Assembly (NCBI GenBank): GCA_043228905.1
Contig: JBHGNT010000014.1
Location: 7,688,001-7,752,000 of the forward strand
From: Azolla caroliniana
Taxonomy: Eukaryota > Plantae > Polypodiophyta
Reading direction: 5' to 3'
Length of the DNA stretch: 64,000 nucleotides
Part shown: piece by piece, positions 36,401 through 48,823 of the stretch
Layout of the letters: each line of letters begins with the position of its first letter
How positions within the stretch are numbered: position 1 is the stretch's first letter
Translations under genes and position numbers: made by a program
The notes under the pieces: generated by a model
Seen by the model: the letters and a program-made list of their open reading frames with translations, nothing else
The model's database searches: none
What the model was told of the DNA's origin: nothing

Positions 36401-36982
36401 AAGCCGATCATGCCAATGGAACGGACGATCTCCTCTTGGGCGACAGTGGACTGGAGAGACGAGATGAGCCGGGAAGAACTGATAGCGGCGCGTATACGGC
36501 AGCTCGAGCGGAGGCCAGAGGACGTGGAATGAGCGGCGAAGAGACTTCGGACGGCGAGGATGAAGAACAAAGCCCGGTTCGACCGAACGCACCGGCTCCG
36601 ACCAAAGAAAATCGAGGAAGGCAACTGGGTGCTAGTCTACGACAGCAACCTCGACAACCAGCACCGAGCAACACGGAAGTTTGCGAAGCGGTGGTTCAGG
36701 CCTTACGTGGTAACGAGCGCCAATGACAATGGGACGTATCACCTGGCGGAGCTCGACAGTACGAGGATGGCGATACCGGTAGCAGGGAAGCGGATCAAAG
36801 CGTTCAAGAAGCGCCACGACGGCGAACCGGATCTAAGAGTCCTGGACAGCGACGACGAACAGTCCGAAACGGAGGATGAACCGATGGACGAAGAACCAGA
36901 ACTCGGACCGGTTTTCTCCAACCAAAGCACAATTTTGGCGCATACCGGTGGATGCGCGGTTAGGTGGGGGCAGATATCGTGA
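33396..36982 (+). pseudogene. pol (RT-RNase H-integrase) of element C, with a few in-frame stops
   Basis: WFTVPKKNGTLRFIQDLQPVN, DLYSGYDQ, LPQGGTNS, PFLDDI; RNase H VDTS..GIG, ETDC, NAMADMLSR; integrase H..GHRG..C..C, VADRGE. Stops at 35775, 36219 and 36530. Confidence 0.92.
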
Positions 36983-38600
36983 AGAAAACCGTCCCCTAGC
37001 GCAATCAGTACATAGCGCGCGTGAACCGGCTCTTCACGCGTGCGCGCCCTTTAATGTATATAATAGGGAATTAGGTACATAGGCATATCCGGGGGTAGTT
37101 AGATTCGGTAGGTAGGAAGTAAATGAGGGAGACGGCTCCCTTCCGGAAGCTATAAAAGAGAGGGAGACGCGGGGGAGAAAGGATTGTGCATTAAGGAGGA
37201 CGAACTGCTGTCGGACCGTAACCGAATGCTTCTCCTCTGTTCGTTCTCCATCGATCTTCTCTGCAGGTTTTCGGGAGGCTCGCGCTGCTTCGAGGAACGC
37301 CCGTGTGCTTCCGGCAGCACCTCCATCCTAGCCCCTTTCGTGCGCAGACGAACAAGCATCGGCATCTGTTCGCCGGCCTGTTCAGTTGTAACCGCCCGCG
37401 TGCTCTGTTGTTTATTTTGTTATTCGTTAATATATATACATTCGTGTCTCTCTGTTTCTGTGTTCGTTCGTGTCTTCTGCGTCGACGGGCCGTGCCCCTG
37501 TGTTCCTTTGCTCATACGCAACCGGGCGTCTCTCTCTTTCTCTTCCCCCTTCTATCACCTGCTCTTCGGTTCAAGACCCCGATGGTCCCGCCTCGTTTCT
37601 CCACGCACGCGCGTAGTAACGCGACAACGTGTCTGGCCAACAGGTGTTTTCGGACCAGACAACATCCATTCCACCTTGTTCTCTTATATGCGCTACATGG
37701 TTCATTTCCCATGTGGTCAGAAAATCTCTTATATGCGCTTCCGCATTAACACCATCTCTGTATTTCGAGTAGGGGTACGACATATTGTCGTCTCCACAAA
37801 TGTCAAAAAAAGAACCTTGCTCAAACTGCTCCTCATCTGAACAATTATCAATTAAATGCGGAATTCTACTCCACTCCTGATCAGCTTGTTCGAAATTGTC
37901 TGAACATTACCTTCTACTACACGTTGAGTCTCTGCTCGTGTGTGAGGACGTGTCCGGCCGACAGGTGTTTTCAGACTAGACAACATCCATTCCACCTTGT
38001 TCTCTGCCTATTGCAGATGTAAGTGGGCGTGCCAAAATTATTGTGTTGTTCAGACGATACTCGATTACTGTACGTAGCCGACACAATAGGTCCAATGTTC
38101 CAAATCGAACGTTATACCAAGGTGATTGTGGTAGAAGGATGTAAAGGTGTACTAGTCGGTAAATAAGATTGATTCTCTGAGTAACCTTGATTGACTAATT
38201 GGTCTTAATATAATTACTTATTAAGCATAGCAAACTATCAATCGACACTGAGAATAACAATGCACAGAGATACTGTCGACACAGAATTACTCTAACTAAT
38301 AACTTATATTAATACCAAAATAGAATGATAGCTTTACAATATTTTCGGTCCCTCTTTTATAGGTAAAACCGAGAGTCTCTTTCCAAGATTACATATGTCG
38401 ATATTCAGCAAGAACTATTACAAAACTGTCTAACTAATTCCAATATATATTTTTACTACTTCGCAAAATGAATACTGGTAACTCATCAATCTACTACGTT
38501 GATCCAACTCCGACTCTTCTATACTTTTGAACATCGCCGACTCGACCCTTTCAAACTTGTCTGATTCCGACTTCCCGACCTTGTAGCTGATCAGCTAACA

Positions 38601-40336
38601 AGCGACCTTTGTCGCACATCGGGATTCTGCATGAGTCTGAGGTTTACCTAACAATCATCAACGGTTCGGTTCGGTTCGGTTCGGTTCGAGAGGGTCCAAA
38701 CCGAACCGTTAAAAAAAAATTAAGCCTAAACCGTTAAACCAAACCGTTAAACATTTTTCAAACCGTAAAAAGCGCAGTTTCGTGGTTCGGTTTCGGTTTT
38801 CAACATAGGACAAATAATTAATTTTTAATTTTTAATTTTTTAAAATTTATAATATTTCATTTTTTAAAATTTTTAGAATTTTTAAGATGTTCCTAAAATA
38901 AGGTCTAAAAATGAAAAGACTGTTTTAAAACAATTTTTTAAATTTTTTAAATTTTTTAAAAAATAAAAAATAAAAATAAAATACTGTTTAACCATTTAAA
39001 CCGTAGTTTTTGACTGTTGAAACGGAACCGAGACCCGAACCATTAATAAAAAATTAAACCTGAACCAAATCAAACCAAACCGTTAAGGCGTTAAACTGCG
39101 ATTTCGCGGTTCGGTTTGAACCGAACCGAACCGTTCCCAATTGTTAGGTTTACCTCGTCGTGCTGTCTCTTTGCCGCCTCTTAGGCTAGACGACATCCAT
39201 TCCCCGATGTTCTTCTATGTGCTCACAGATGGACCAGGCGTGCCAAAAGTGTTATCGGCTTAGGATAACACAATGTCGAATCTCCGGTACTTTGGCAATT
39301 CGACTCAAGGTCTTGTGATCTGGAAAAGGGGAGTTCGTTGCTTGCCAAACATTTGGCCACATGTTTAGCTTATCAAGTGGTGAGGAAAGTGCGAACATGT
39401 GCTTCCGTGTTGGTTCCCTCATTGTCACTAGGGTAGGGGTAGGGCATTGTGTCGATGTTGAGATCCTCCCGTACCACCAAAAAGAGGTTATCGTCGGGTT
39501 GGTCAACCTCAGAGGTGTTGTTGTTAGTCGAGGCAGGATCAGAAACTGTAGTTGATTGGGTGTCCAATTCCAAAGGTAGTGATTGCTCTGTGAGAGCGGA
39601 GTTGGTGATTCTCTCTTCTTGTTCGGCACATCAGGATGTTGTCCGAGTGAGTATTCCTTTGGGACGTGCCACGGCGATTAGATCTTTCTCCTACACGTGT
39701 TCATCTTGGACTCACGACGTGAACCAAGCATGCTAAATTGTGTTGCACCCTCCTAGAGAACACCTTTGATTACTCCTCCTGAGTAATCGGTTCAAGGTAT
39801 TGTGGTGTGAAGGACAATCGAGATCACGACGTCCTACCGAGATCATTAACCAGGTCGTACGAGGAATGTGACTTCCTGGGGGGCCTATTTGTTATTCAGA
39901 CTATCCCACTTTGGGTACGATCACAATCAGGAAGCAAGAATGATACACTCTGGAATTGTCTACAACCGATCCTTATATACGTCCTTTACACAGACTGAAT
40001 GTTATATATAGATCTATATGTATAACAAAAACAGAGATGAAACAGAACACAGAAGTCACCCATAATATATATATTTGATTAAGTGTAGCAGACAAGTACA
40101 AATAGAAGTACCGAGTATATTTGGTAAATACTCAGTCACTCTTTATCAATCTATCCCTATCATAGTCCTCTAGATCTCCTCCCTTCTGTGTTCGCTAATC
40201 CCGATATATATAGCTCCCTTCTACTCAGCGCTTTCCACTTGTTCCTTCCTTGATATTCGGCTTCCTTTGTTCGGCTCTTAATGCTCGGTCCGTTTGAAAC
40301 ATTTCACACTTGTCACACTTGTCCCACCAGGTAACA
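38601..40336 (-). mobile_element. Two further 5' fragments of Tat-like elements related to H
   Basis: PBS ccaggcgtgcca ~39234-39245 plus a short LTR piece from 39250. gag start MPYPY..EAHVRTFLTT 39450-39340; degenerate PBS ~39724-39735; LTR 39741-40336. Confidence 0.65.
38649..39146. mobile_element. hAT-type MITE (498 bp)
   Basis: Perfect 8-bp TSD GGTTTACC (38641-48/39147-54), TIRs TAACAAT…/…ATTGTTA, subterminal (CGGTT)n/(AACCG)n arrays and an AT-rich core. Confidence 0.9.
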
Positions 40337-43160
40337 CTGTAGATCATGCCAAGGGCTTCCCTTTCCGTCGTTGAGTAATTTTGCTTCGCTTGAGATACCT
40401 TTCGGCTAGAGTAGTACATTGGTACCATTTCGGTTCTATGAGTTACATTAAAGCTCTTCCGATTGCTACATCTGCTACATCGATGAAAATGTGGAAGTCC
40501 TTGGTCCAATCCATAGGTTGCACTACCAGGGCATGAGATAACATCACCTTCAGCGCCTTGTATGCTTTGTCCTCGACATCTGTCCACCGGAATGGTATTC
40601 TATGTATCGCAATATGCAAGTATGTTGCAAAATCCACAAGATATCGAAACATCCGGCCATGCCACTAGATCTGCCCCAAAAATCAGCTTAATGCTTTAGC
40701 ATTTGTTTGGGTTAATGCGGCTAGGATTGCTTTAACCTTATTTGGGTCTACCACAATTCCTTCCTTCCTTATTATGTGTCCCAATAATATGTTGCTTGTC
40801 ACTCAAAAAGTGCATTTCACTGGATTCTAGCTTATTCGAGCCTTCCGACATTTTTCAAGGCACATCCGGAGATTCCCTATGTGTTTGCTTTTCCAGATGT
40901 ATACCGCAAAATCGTCGAAGAATACTTGCATGAATGCAAGGATGTAGCCACTGAAGATTTCCATAATGATTCGTTGGAACGTCGTTAGAGCCATCTTGAG
41001 CCCAAACATCATAACTACTGTGACGAACCCCCCCCCCCCCCATTCGGTAACAAACGTCGTTTTCTCTTGATCATCTCGGTGCAACCAGATCTGGTTATAG
41101 CAGTTGAATCTGTCTAGAAAACTATATACTTCCTTTCCAACTACCACAACTAACACCCCATTCATAAATGGTAACGGAAATGCGTCTGTCACCGTTGGTA
41201 ATCCGCGTAGACCCTAATCTTCCCATTCTTCTTGGGAACCGCCACGATTGGGCTTAACCATGTTGCCTATTTCACCGGCTTGATAAATCCGATCCGTAGC
41301 AATTTGTCGATTTCTTCCTTGACCTTGGCGGCATAGTTTTGGGTTCATCCGGTATCGTCTTTGTGCCATCGGTTTTGCATCTTTAGTCAAGTGTATCTAG
41401 TGAATAAAATTTCAGGTTAACCTTCTTGTCTTCATACGACCATGCGAACACATACTTTTACTCCTTCAACAATTTCACCGGCACCATTTTGTCCGTTGGT
41501 TGCATCTCTTTGGCAAGGTTGCATCTCTTTGGCAATGCTTACCAGCCGCGGTTCTTCGGTCGTGCCTAAATTCACTTCCTCTAGTGTTGATGGCTTCACT
41601 CGTTGGCACAGTGCTAGTTCCTTCTACAGTGCCTCCTAGGCCTGTTGGAGCTCCCGGTCCGGTCCCAGCAACGTCTTCCTGTTTTTCGGTTATACACGGT
41701 ATTACTGCTTCTGCTACATCTATTTCAAACAATGATACAATTCTTGGGTTGACAACTAGATATCGGTCCACTTCATCCTCTTCTAACCTGTCGAGCATAT
41801 TAATGTCTTTGGCATATGTATAACGGTGCCAGCTACTTATTGGTGGTTGCGTGTTCCTGTGTCGGTATCTGTACCTTTGTCTTTCCACGGCGAAAGCTAA
41901 TGATGTTCTTTTATATGGGTTGTTTGCAACCACAGACGTCCTAACAACAATGGGTATGCGCCTGGTGTTGTCAACTGCAGTACTACACCCGATATCTGGA
42001 AGGAATGGGCACCCATCACGATCTCCAAATTTCTGATCAGTCCCGCTGCTGTTCGGACTGAACTCGTATCCGCATGGTATGGTTTCCTTTCCTGAATACC
42101 CGAGTTGTGATAGGTACGCTAGCCGAGCTCATTACGTTGACACCGGATCCACCATCAATGATTGTTCACGGGACTTTTTTTCCCTTGATGATTAGAGTCA
42201 CTGTCCAATTATGTTCGTCCATCACTATCACTGTGGATCCCTCACTTGGGTTGATAAATTGTACTAGGGCTGCGAGTAGCGTTTCCTTCTTCTGCGTAGC
42301 CATAATTGCGTCAGTGAATGAGGGTACCAACTTTAAGAGCCCGGCTAGGGGTATTGTAATTTGACAAATTTGCGAGTTCTAGCCATGCCAGATCCTCGGT
42401 CTCTGATTCTTCCGCCGATGTGGTTTTTTCAGCCGTTAATACTTGCTTTGTGTTTCGTTGATTTGATTTCTGCACCCACAATTGGCTTGTCTTCGTTACC
42501 GCTTCGGATCCTTATTAGCCTCACATTCCGTGATTTTATTTTTCCTTTAGATTGTGTGGTGGTGACCCACCTACTGCACACCGGCCACCTCTGCAGTTAA
42601 TAATATGTTTACTTAAATTGCTCTGACTAGAGACATTGCCTACTGTAATGTATGTCCTTCTTGCTGGAAAAAATAGCAATACAATCGCGTTTCGCTCTCC
42701 TTGCCGGTTCTTTGGCTCTCCTTGGTTGGTTCTGGTTGAAAGGCCGTGTCATCCTACAATCAATACTTTTCTGGCCTCCGGGACTCCTCGGTAAAATCCT
42801 GTTGTGGGTTACGGAGGACGTCCTTCCGCCGATTGTGGTTGCCAAGTTCGGGGGTCATAACATAATTACGGCGCTAATTTTGCTGTAACCTTTTCCTGGT
42901 CAGAATATCTATCTGCGTCTTACTCGTCTGTCCCGATCGCAATATGGACAATAATCCCGATCATATCTGTCCCCTGGGTAATCTAATCTTCTAGCCTTCG
43001 TCCGTCCTCATACCAGATGTCACGGACACTCATCTTGCCAGAACCGGTTGTCCGATAGGAGTCGGTCTCCTTCCGACCCTCGTTCATCGTCTAATAGAAG
43101 TGGCACACCCCCCAGGGTGTCATACTCTTAACCAATGTGTCCCCTTCTTAAGTAATCCTT
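40337..43160 (-). mobile_element. Degenerate Athila/Tat-like Gypsy gag-protease-RT-RNase H fragment
   Basis: IIDGGSGVNVMS protease; DAFPLPF, YSFLD..CYNQI, DQEKTTF, QVFFDDFAV RT; FHIFIDVA, NYSTTEREALG RNase H. Confidence 0.85.
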
Positions 43161-46015
43161 AACTTGCGGATCCATCTCATTTTCTTTGGATTGACTAAGT
43201 CAATACGAAGGAATAGAAATACATATGTACAACATGATGTATGAGATCAAGATAAATGGTTAACATTACGTGGAGTTGGGGGTAGTTGTTTAGAACTATC
43301 ACCCAACTCCACCTGAGTCAATCAATACAAAGGAATAGAAATAGGTGCAACACTATGTATGAGATCATGATAATGGTCAACATCTCAAAACTCGACTCTT
43401 ACAAGAGTACCAACATTCTTTCACTTTGGTTCGAGAGAACTAGAATGTTTGAGAGAAGATGTACAAAAAATATTTTTTAACAAATGACTTGTAATATATT
43501 GAATAAAGGGCTACCAAAGTCAAACAATAATTATATCAAATATCAATTGATAAATATGTGAAAACGGAAACAAATAATTTAGTTTCAATGTGGTGAGAAA
43601 GTTACATGTTCAGTGTTAACCTCAAGAATCCAAGATTGGAATAAGATCCGAAGATATGGCCTTTTGCTCTTAATGTGTTTGTTAGAGCTTGTGGCATTGC
43701 TCTAGAATGTGACCCTTCTTTTCCAGATGCACCTAAGACGATTAAATTGCTTAGTTTAAAAAATCCATTGGGTGTCTTGTGTTTCCCAACAAATTGTGAC
43801 TGATTAGATACAAAAATCGGGGTTGTTCTGGTCCTTCCTCAAAGTAAGATCCTTATTGTGCACAATGCAATTATAGTCCAAGTTTGAATGCAAAATTGTG
43901 ACTGATTAGATACAAAAATCTTAACTTCATGTTTGAGGTTTTGTAAGATCCTTATTGTGCACAATGCAATTATAGTCCAATTTGAATGCAACAAACAAAT
44001 TTGGAACTATTGAAATCATAATGGAACTTGAAACGAAACTCACATCTAACAAAACCAATTACTAAAAGCTTCTTCGGTTCTTCCTTATCTCTCATTTAAG
44101 GCTTCAAGGCCGTGGATAGTTCATCATTCAGTCTTTGTATTAAGAGCATACCATTCACATATGAGTGAAGTGAAACTCAAGACTTCAATTAGATGTTTAA
44201 ATCATAGCAAATGTAAGCGAGGTGAAATAAATGACATAACTAAGCATATATGAATATGTCATAACAAGAATAATAATAGCGATGCTAGCCTATGTCATCT
44301 CCAATTAGGAGGATATAATGATACTCTCTCTCATACTCTCATGCTCACTCTCACTCTCTCAACTAGTAGGTGGTGCTGTAGGTGGTGCTGTCAATATATC
44401 GTGGAAATCGAAGATTGGTGCCCAAGGTCGTAGGTGATGAAGTAGAGTGTATTATATATATCCAACTACACTGAAGGCAATGCGAATGAAGCCAAGCCTC
44501 AATGACTGATTGACTGCAACTGTCTAAAGTTTGCTCCAATACAATATTCAATCAACTTTCTAACTCAACGCTAGACACCCAAAATTATGTATCCTTCTCA
44601 TCCAAACATTGTTAATGGCTACTAGCTCATCATGAAGCATGTGGATGCCAACTCCTACTAACACTACTTCAAAGGAGCTCCTTAATAAAAGATAAGGCGC
44701 AGAAAACGAAATTAAGCTTGATTTCACACCCCATTCAAATCAAATGAGTCAGCTCCCTCCCTTTCCAAACTCAAATCCAACAATGTATAGATAGAGCCAT
44801 CATTTTATCAATTTTCTTTCTTCTTCTTTTCTCTGAGTAAAAAAGGAGGGAGAATGTGAGGAGCACATTAATAATAAACATAAAAATATTATTTAGTAAA
44901 TTAGTTACGAGAAGAAGTAGTGTCTAGGAATGCACAAAGGATAAGGGCAAATTCCCATGATGAAATACTACATACTCATGAAGAATAAATACTAGCAATG
45001 ACCCATTAATATAATAATACAACCCTTATTAGAGTTTGATCAATACTATCAGCATTTACCACAAGAATAAAGGTCGGCATCAAACACTAGCCTACCCATC
45101 CATGCAATTCTTGTCATGAAGGCCCTAGTTTTCGAGTGGATTTAGTTGTTGTGGTTTGTTCAGGTGGGAGAATATTAGCAAGGCGGAGAAGGGAGTAAAA
45201 CAAAATAATGAAAGATCAAATGGATTCCCAAATGCATCAGATAATAGGGTTGCTGCAGGGTAACGTGCTTTGGGGAGCGTTGGGCATGAAAGCTTCACAC
45301 GCACATAAAAAAATGTGTCAATGCTAACAACAATATTTTGATTATATATATATATATATATATCCTAGTTTTGATGATCTGTCTGAAACAAGGACAAGGA
45401 AACATATCCTGATTCCTCACCAATACATACTGATTGAAAAATGTCCATCTGAAATAGCTAGTTTGGCCCAACATTATGACTAAATATGTAACCAGAAGAT
45501 GTGAAGTGAAAGCACAATAGAATGAATAATCACTCTTAATTGGGTCAACTTTGTAGTTCCTCACTTAACTCTTTAGGAGTATCCAGTCGAATACATTTAA
45601 CACATTGATCATATTTACCCAATATGATGCCCAACCTTAGAGATCAAACACACTTAAGACATCTGAGAACTTATTTTGATCACATTTACTCAAAATGAAT
45701 CCCAATAGTTGAGAACGATCTATACATTATAAGAATTCTCTTGCAAGATTACCACCTCAAGGTGAAAAAACCACAACTCTATTGTAAAGTTTTAAATGAG
45801 ACAAACAAGCAAGCATACCTAGACTGAAAATTAATCACATTCAAAATAGAAATGAGTGTAAAAACCAAGTACCAACAATTAGATGCAAAAGTCTCCATGG
45901 CAAACATCATTTATTTTTTATGAGAAAAGACTTGGACAACCATTCTCAAACGTGATAAACTTTGGTTACAATTTCTGACATTACAGAAGATGATGATGAA
46001 TATGAATGCCTGGGA

Positions 46016-48655
46016 CTATGTAGATTGTTGAAAAACCTCCTTGATCTTTCCATCCGTAGCCAGCTCTTCTAGTATATCCGCACCCCCAACAAACTCACCA
46101 TAAGCAAATACTTGTGGTATAGTAGGCCATTGGCTATACACTTTTATAGCTTCTCTCAATCCACTATTATGATCCTCATCTAAAACATTCACAGACTCAT
46201 AATCTATACCATGTTCATTCAATATAGTTAGAACTCGATGAGAGAATCCACATTGAGGAGATGTTCGAGAACCTTTGATAAAAGCAACAACTTTATTATC
46301 TTTCACAACCTTTTCTATTAATTGTGGAAGGCTAATATTCAGCTTCACATTGGGCCCTGGGGTTAACCGAAGGTCTTGTTTGCTTGGTTTTCCCTTTCGC
46401 TCTGTCCATGTTGTCACTCCTTTCTCATTACCTGGTGGAACTTTCCCAGTCAATGCAATGTGTTCTTCCATCCATTGCTTCCATGCATCTATCAATGTTG
46501 CTCTCTCAGGTGCATTGATGACATAAAACTGCAACGAATTAAAAGGCACATTAACAAGGCTTCTACTGAAAAGAAAAGTTCTTCCTTTTTATAAATTTCG
46601 AGAATCTGACAATTTGTAAGAGGGAAACAACTTTGCTTTAGAAAAAAACCAAATGAATTGTAGGGTATCCTTTTGAAGGATCTTCACTACATCTAGGAAA
46701 AGCACATAAATGATAGCAAATCCACTTTTTCAGGTTGATAGATCGTTTATTTGGGTGTGCTGAATTTGCTATGCTATCAATACTCAAAAAACACACATTT
46801 GATTGAAAATTCGCTTTCTCAGCCTAAGGAAGTCTCGATTTGAGTGTACTGACTTTGTAAAGTTTCCCTCCACAATCAATATTAAAATATGTATGACATA
46901 CTAGACCTAAGACTGGCTAAAACTGGAATCAACAAGCATTAAAAGGATGCCCAAGTAAACAAAGTATATGCTGGCCATGAAACTTGTCAAACTTGGTTTT
47001 GTGCCATCAACAGTAAACGAAAGAAATAATAAGGCTTAAGCTTTGCCTTTATTTCAATGACAATCTTAATTATGAATTATTAAACATAATAGAAACATGA
47101 TAAAATAAAGCATTAATCATTTTGATATAATATATTGGTCCTTCAAAAAAACTGATGCAATGTGTGGCTTCTTTGAATTAATATTAACTACCCCAATGCA
47201 ATGCAGTGATTCTTTTCTCCTTACATTCTCACCGAACACTAAGGCTTTAAACCATCCATTTCCCCAAATACATCCATAGTAAAGAACTCATGAAATAGTG
47301 AATAAGGCAATAAAAAAAGAATAAAAAAAAGCATTAACATGTCTATACAATGCAGTGTTTCTTTGACGAAACGTTAACTATACTGATGCAATGCATTGTT
47401 TGTATAAAACATTAAATCATGTCCATACAATACATTCCTTGCAAAACAAAGTTCTTAATGTTTGATTTCTAAGAGTCAACATAATAAAAAAAACCATAAA
47501 AATAGAACATTTACAATATATCACTGCAATGCATTGCTTCCTTGTTAATTCCTCTTCAAAAAGCAAAATCCTTACTCTTCAAGTTCTTCTAATCAAAATA
47601 AAATAAATACAGATAAAAACATCTATCCTTGTAATGCAAATGCATTGGGATTATCAATAATTTCTTTAATCAGCTTGATGTAGGTCTTGCTACTTTTCTC
47701 TTCGAATCCCCACAAAATCCTAAGCTTCAGATTTCCATTCATTCCAAGTACTTTCAATAAAAATTTGATAAAAGAAACTGTGTTGATGCAACGATGCATT
47801 TTTATTTCTTTCCTCTTTTAATCCTCTCAGAACACGAAGTCTTTAGCCTCCCATTTCTTCCAAACAAACTCTTAATAACGACAATTTCACCTAAACAATT
47901 GTTTAGGACTTTATCTACACAATGAAAGAAGAAAAAATCGAGAAATACCACTGAGTTTCTCTTTATTTCCCCAATTGCCCCTACGTTTATGTGATATTCT
48001 GCATTCTCCTTCACCTTGAAGGCGAAAGTATACAGTTGATTAATCCTCATTTTCTCAACTCTATGTGGTTTTTATAGCAAAATTTACTGTTAATTCATCT
48101 TCCACAACTCTCTTTCAGGAATTGGCGAGGGTACTGCGCCAAAAAGTCAGGGGCATTCAGGGAAATAAAGAAAAAGGTCTACGGTATTTAGCAAGCTTTT
48201 TTCCAGAAGGATATGTGTTAAGGCAGATCTCTAACCTTAACAGTCGAACAAAGCTCGGGTATTTCTTGAACATGAGATGCAAGACTAGATGAAATTCTTC
48301 GAGTAAGACCTATAAACTGAAGCTCTGAGTTCTTATCATAAACAGCATAAATACCAGGTGACGAAGGAACCTTCGACAGATCGTCAGCTACGGAAAACGT
48401 ATCCGTGTCTTCAAGCTTCTGTGCAGAGATGGGATATGGAAAGTGTCGTTTATTATGATGAACGGAATGTGAGAAACCAGGTTTCCTCGATGTATTGATT
48501 TGGAAGCCCACAACACAGGTGTGACTGTGAGGGATGGAGGTTGAGAAGGCGAGGATGGGATGAGAGGTTCTCTGTGAGGCATGCGGTCGACGAGGGAGAA
48601 GAGAAGAGGAAGATGCAGGTTTCGGCCATGACCACGAGGAAACTACGGTCGCCAT
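46016..48655 (-). CDS. GRXS16: Chloroplastic bifunctional monothiol glutaredoxin S16 (310 aa; exons 48655-48236 and 46528-46016)
   Basis: Ser-rich transit peptide; GIY-YIG-like domain GIYAVYD..ELQFIGLTR; ELCSTVK|FYV splice (AAG|GTTAG...TTGCAG|TTT, phase 0, 1707-bp intron); W..W..EH...GKVPPGN; Grx domain FIKGSR..PQCGFS, WPTIPQ, FVGGADI. Confidence 0.95.
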
Positions 48656-48823
48656 ATCCCAAACCAAAGAAGAAGAAGAAGAAGAAGCAAAAGAGAGAGA
48701 CAGAGTTTTCAAAATCCTAAAGCAATGCATGCACATGTGACATTGTACATACATACATATGTATACATCTATCTCAACAAAATTTTACAGTAGTGCCCCT
48801 CTCCTCTCTCTCTCTCTCTCTCT

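Larger units (their letters stand above)
27191..37626 (+). mobile_element. Ty3/Gypsy element C (fungal Ylt1-like / Phygy-like non-chromovirus), full structure, inactivated
   Basis: 652-bp LTRs 27191-27842 and 36975-37626; TSD atgt/acgt; PBS 27847-27864; PPT 36963-36974. gag with CMWCDEIGHIRKDC, protease, RT, RNase H and integrase in Gypsy order. Confidence 0.92.
25968..38004. repeat. 321-bp tandem array (~5 units) of leader plus gag start, split by element C
   Basis: Equivalent ORFs recur at 26061, 26382, 26703 and 27024 (period 321). The array resumes at 37631-38004 after the insertion. Confidence 0.92.
18950..38600 (-). mobile_element. Tat/Athila-like (non-chromovirus) Gypsy element H lacking pol: 5' LTR, amplified leader, gag and extra ORF; host of a Copia and of element C
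   Basis: 5' LTR ~38044-38600 and PBS TGGCACGCCCA on minus at ~38034-38024. gag 26059-25113 (MSYPYSKY..FLTT; LSLDGLSANWY; C-x2-C/H knuckles). Decayed extra ORF ~21400-19000 (coiled-coil-like). 3' LTR not found; left boundary approximate. Confidence 0.65.

Noticed and set aside
43101-43122. tggcacaccc PBS-like word
   Set aside because: Not adjacent to a recognisable LTR end; probably chance.
43190-43990. Short imperfect local duplications (~100-120 bp period)
   Set aside because: Ordinary intergenic duplications with no termini, ORF or structure.
48236-48400. GIY-YIG motif as a homing endonuclease or Penelope element
   Set aside because: It splices in frame to a CGFS glutaredoxin; this fusion is the known GRXS16 architecture.
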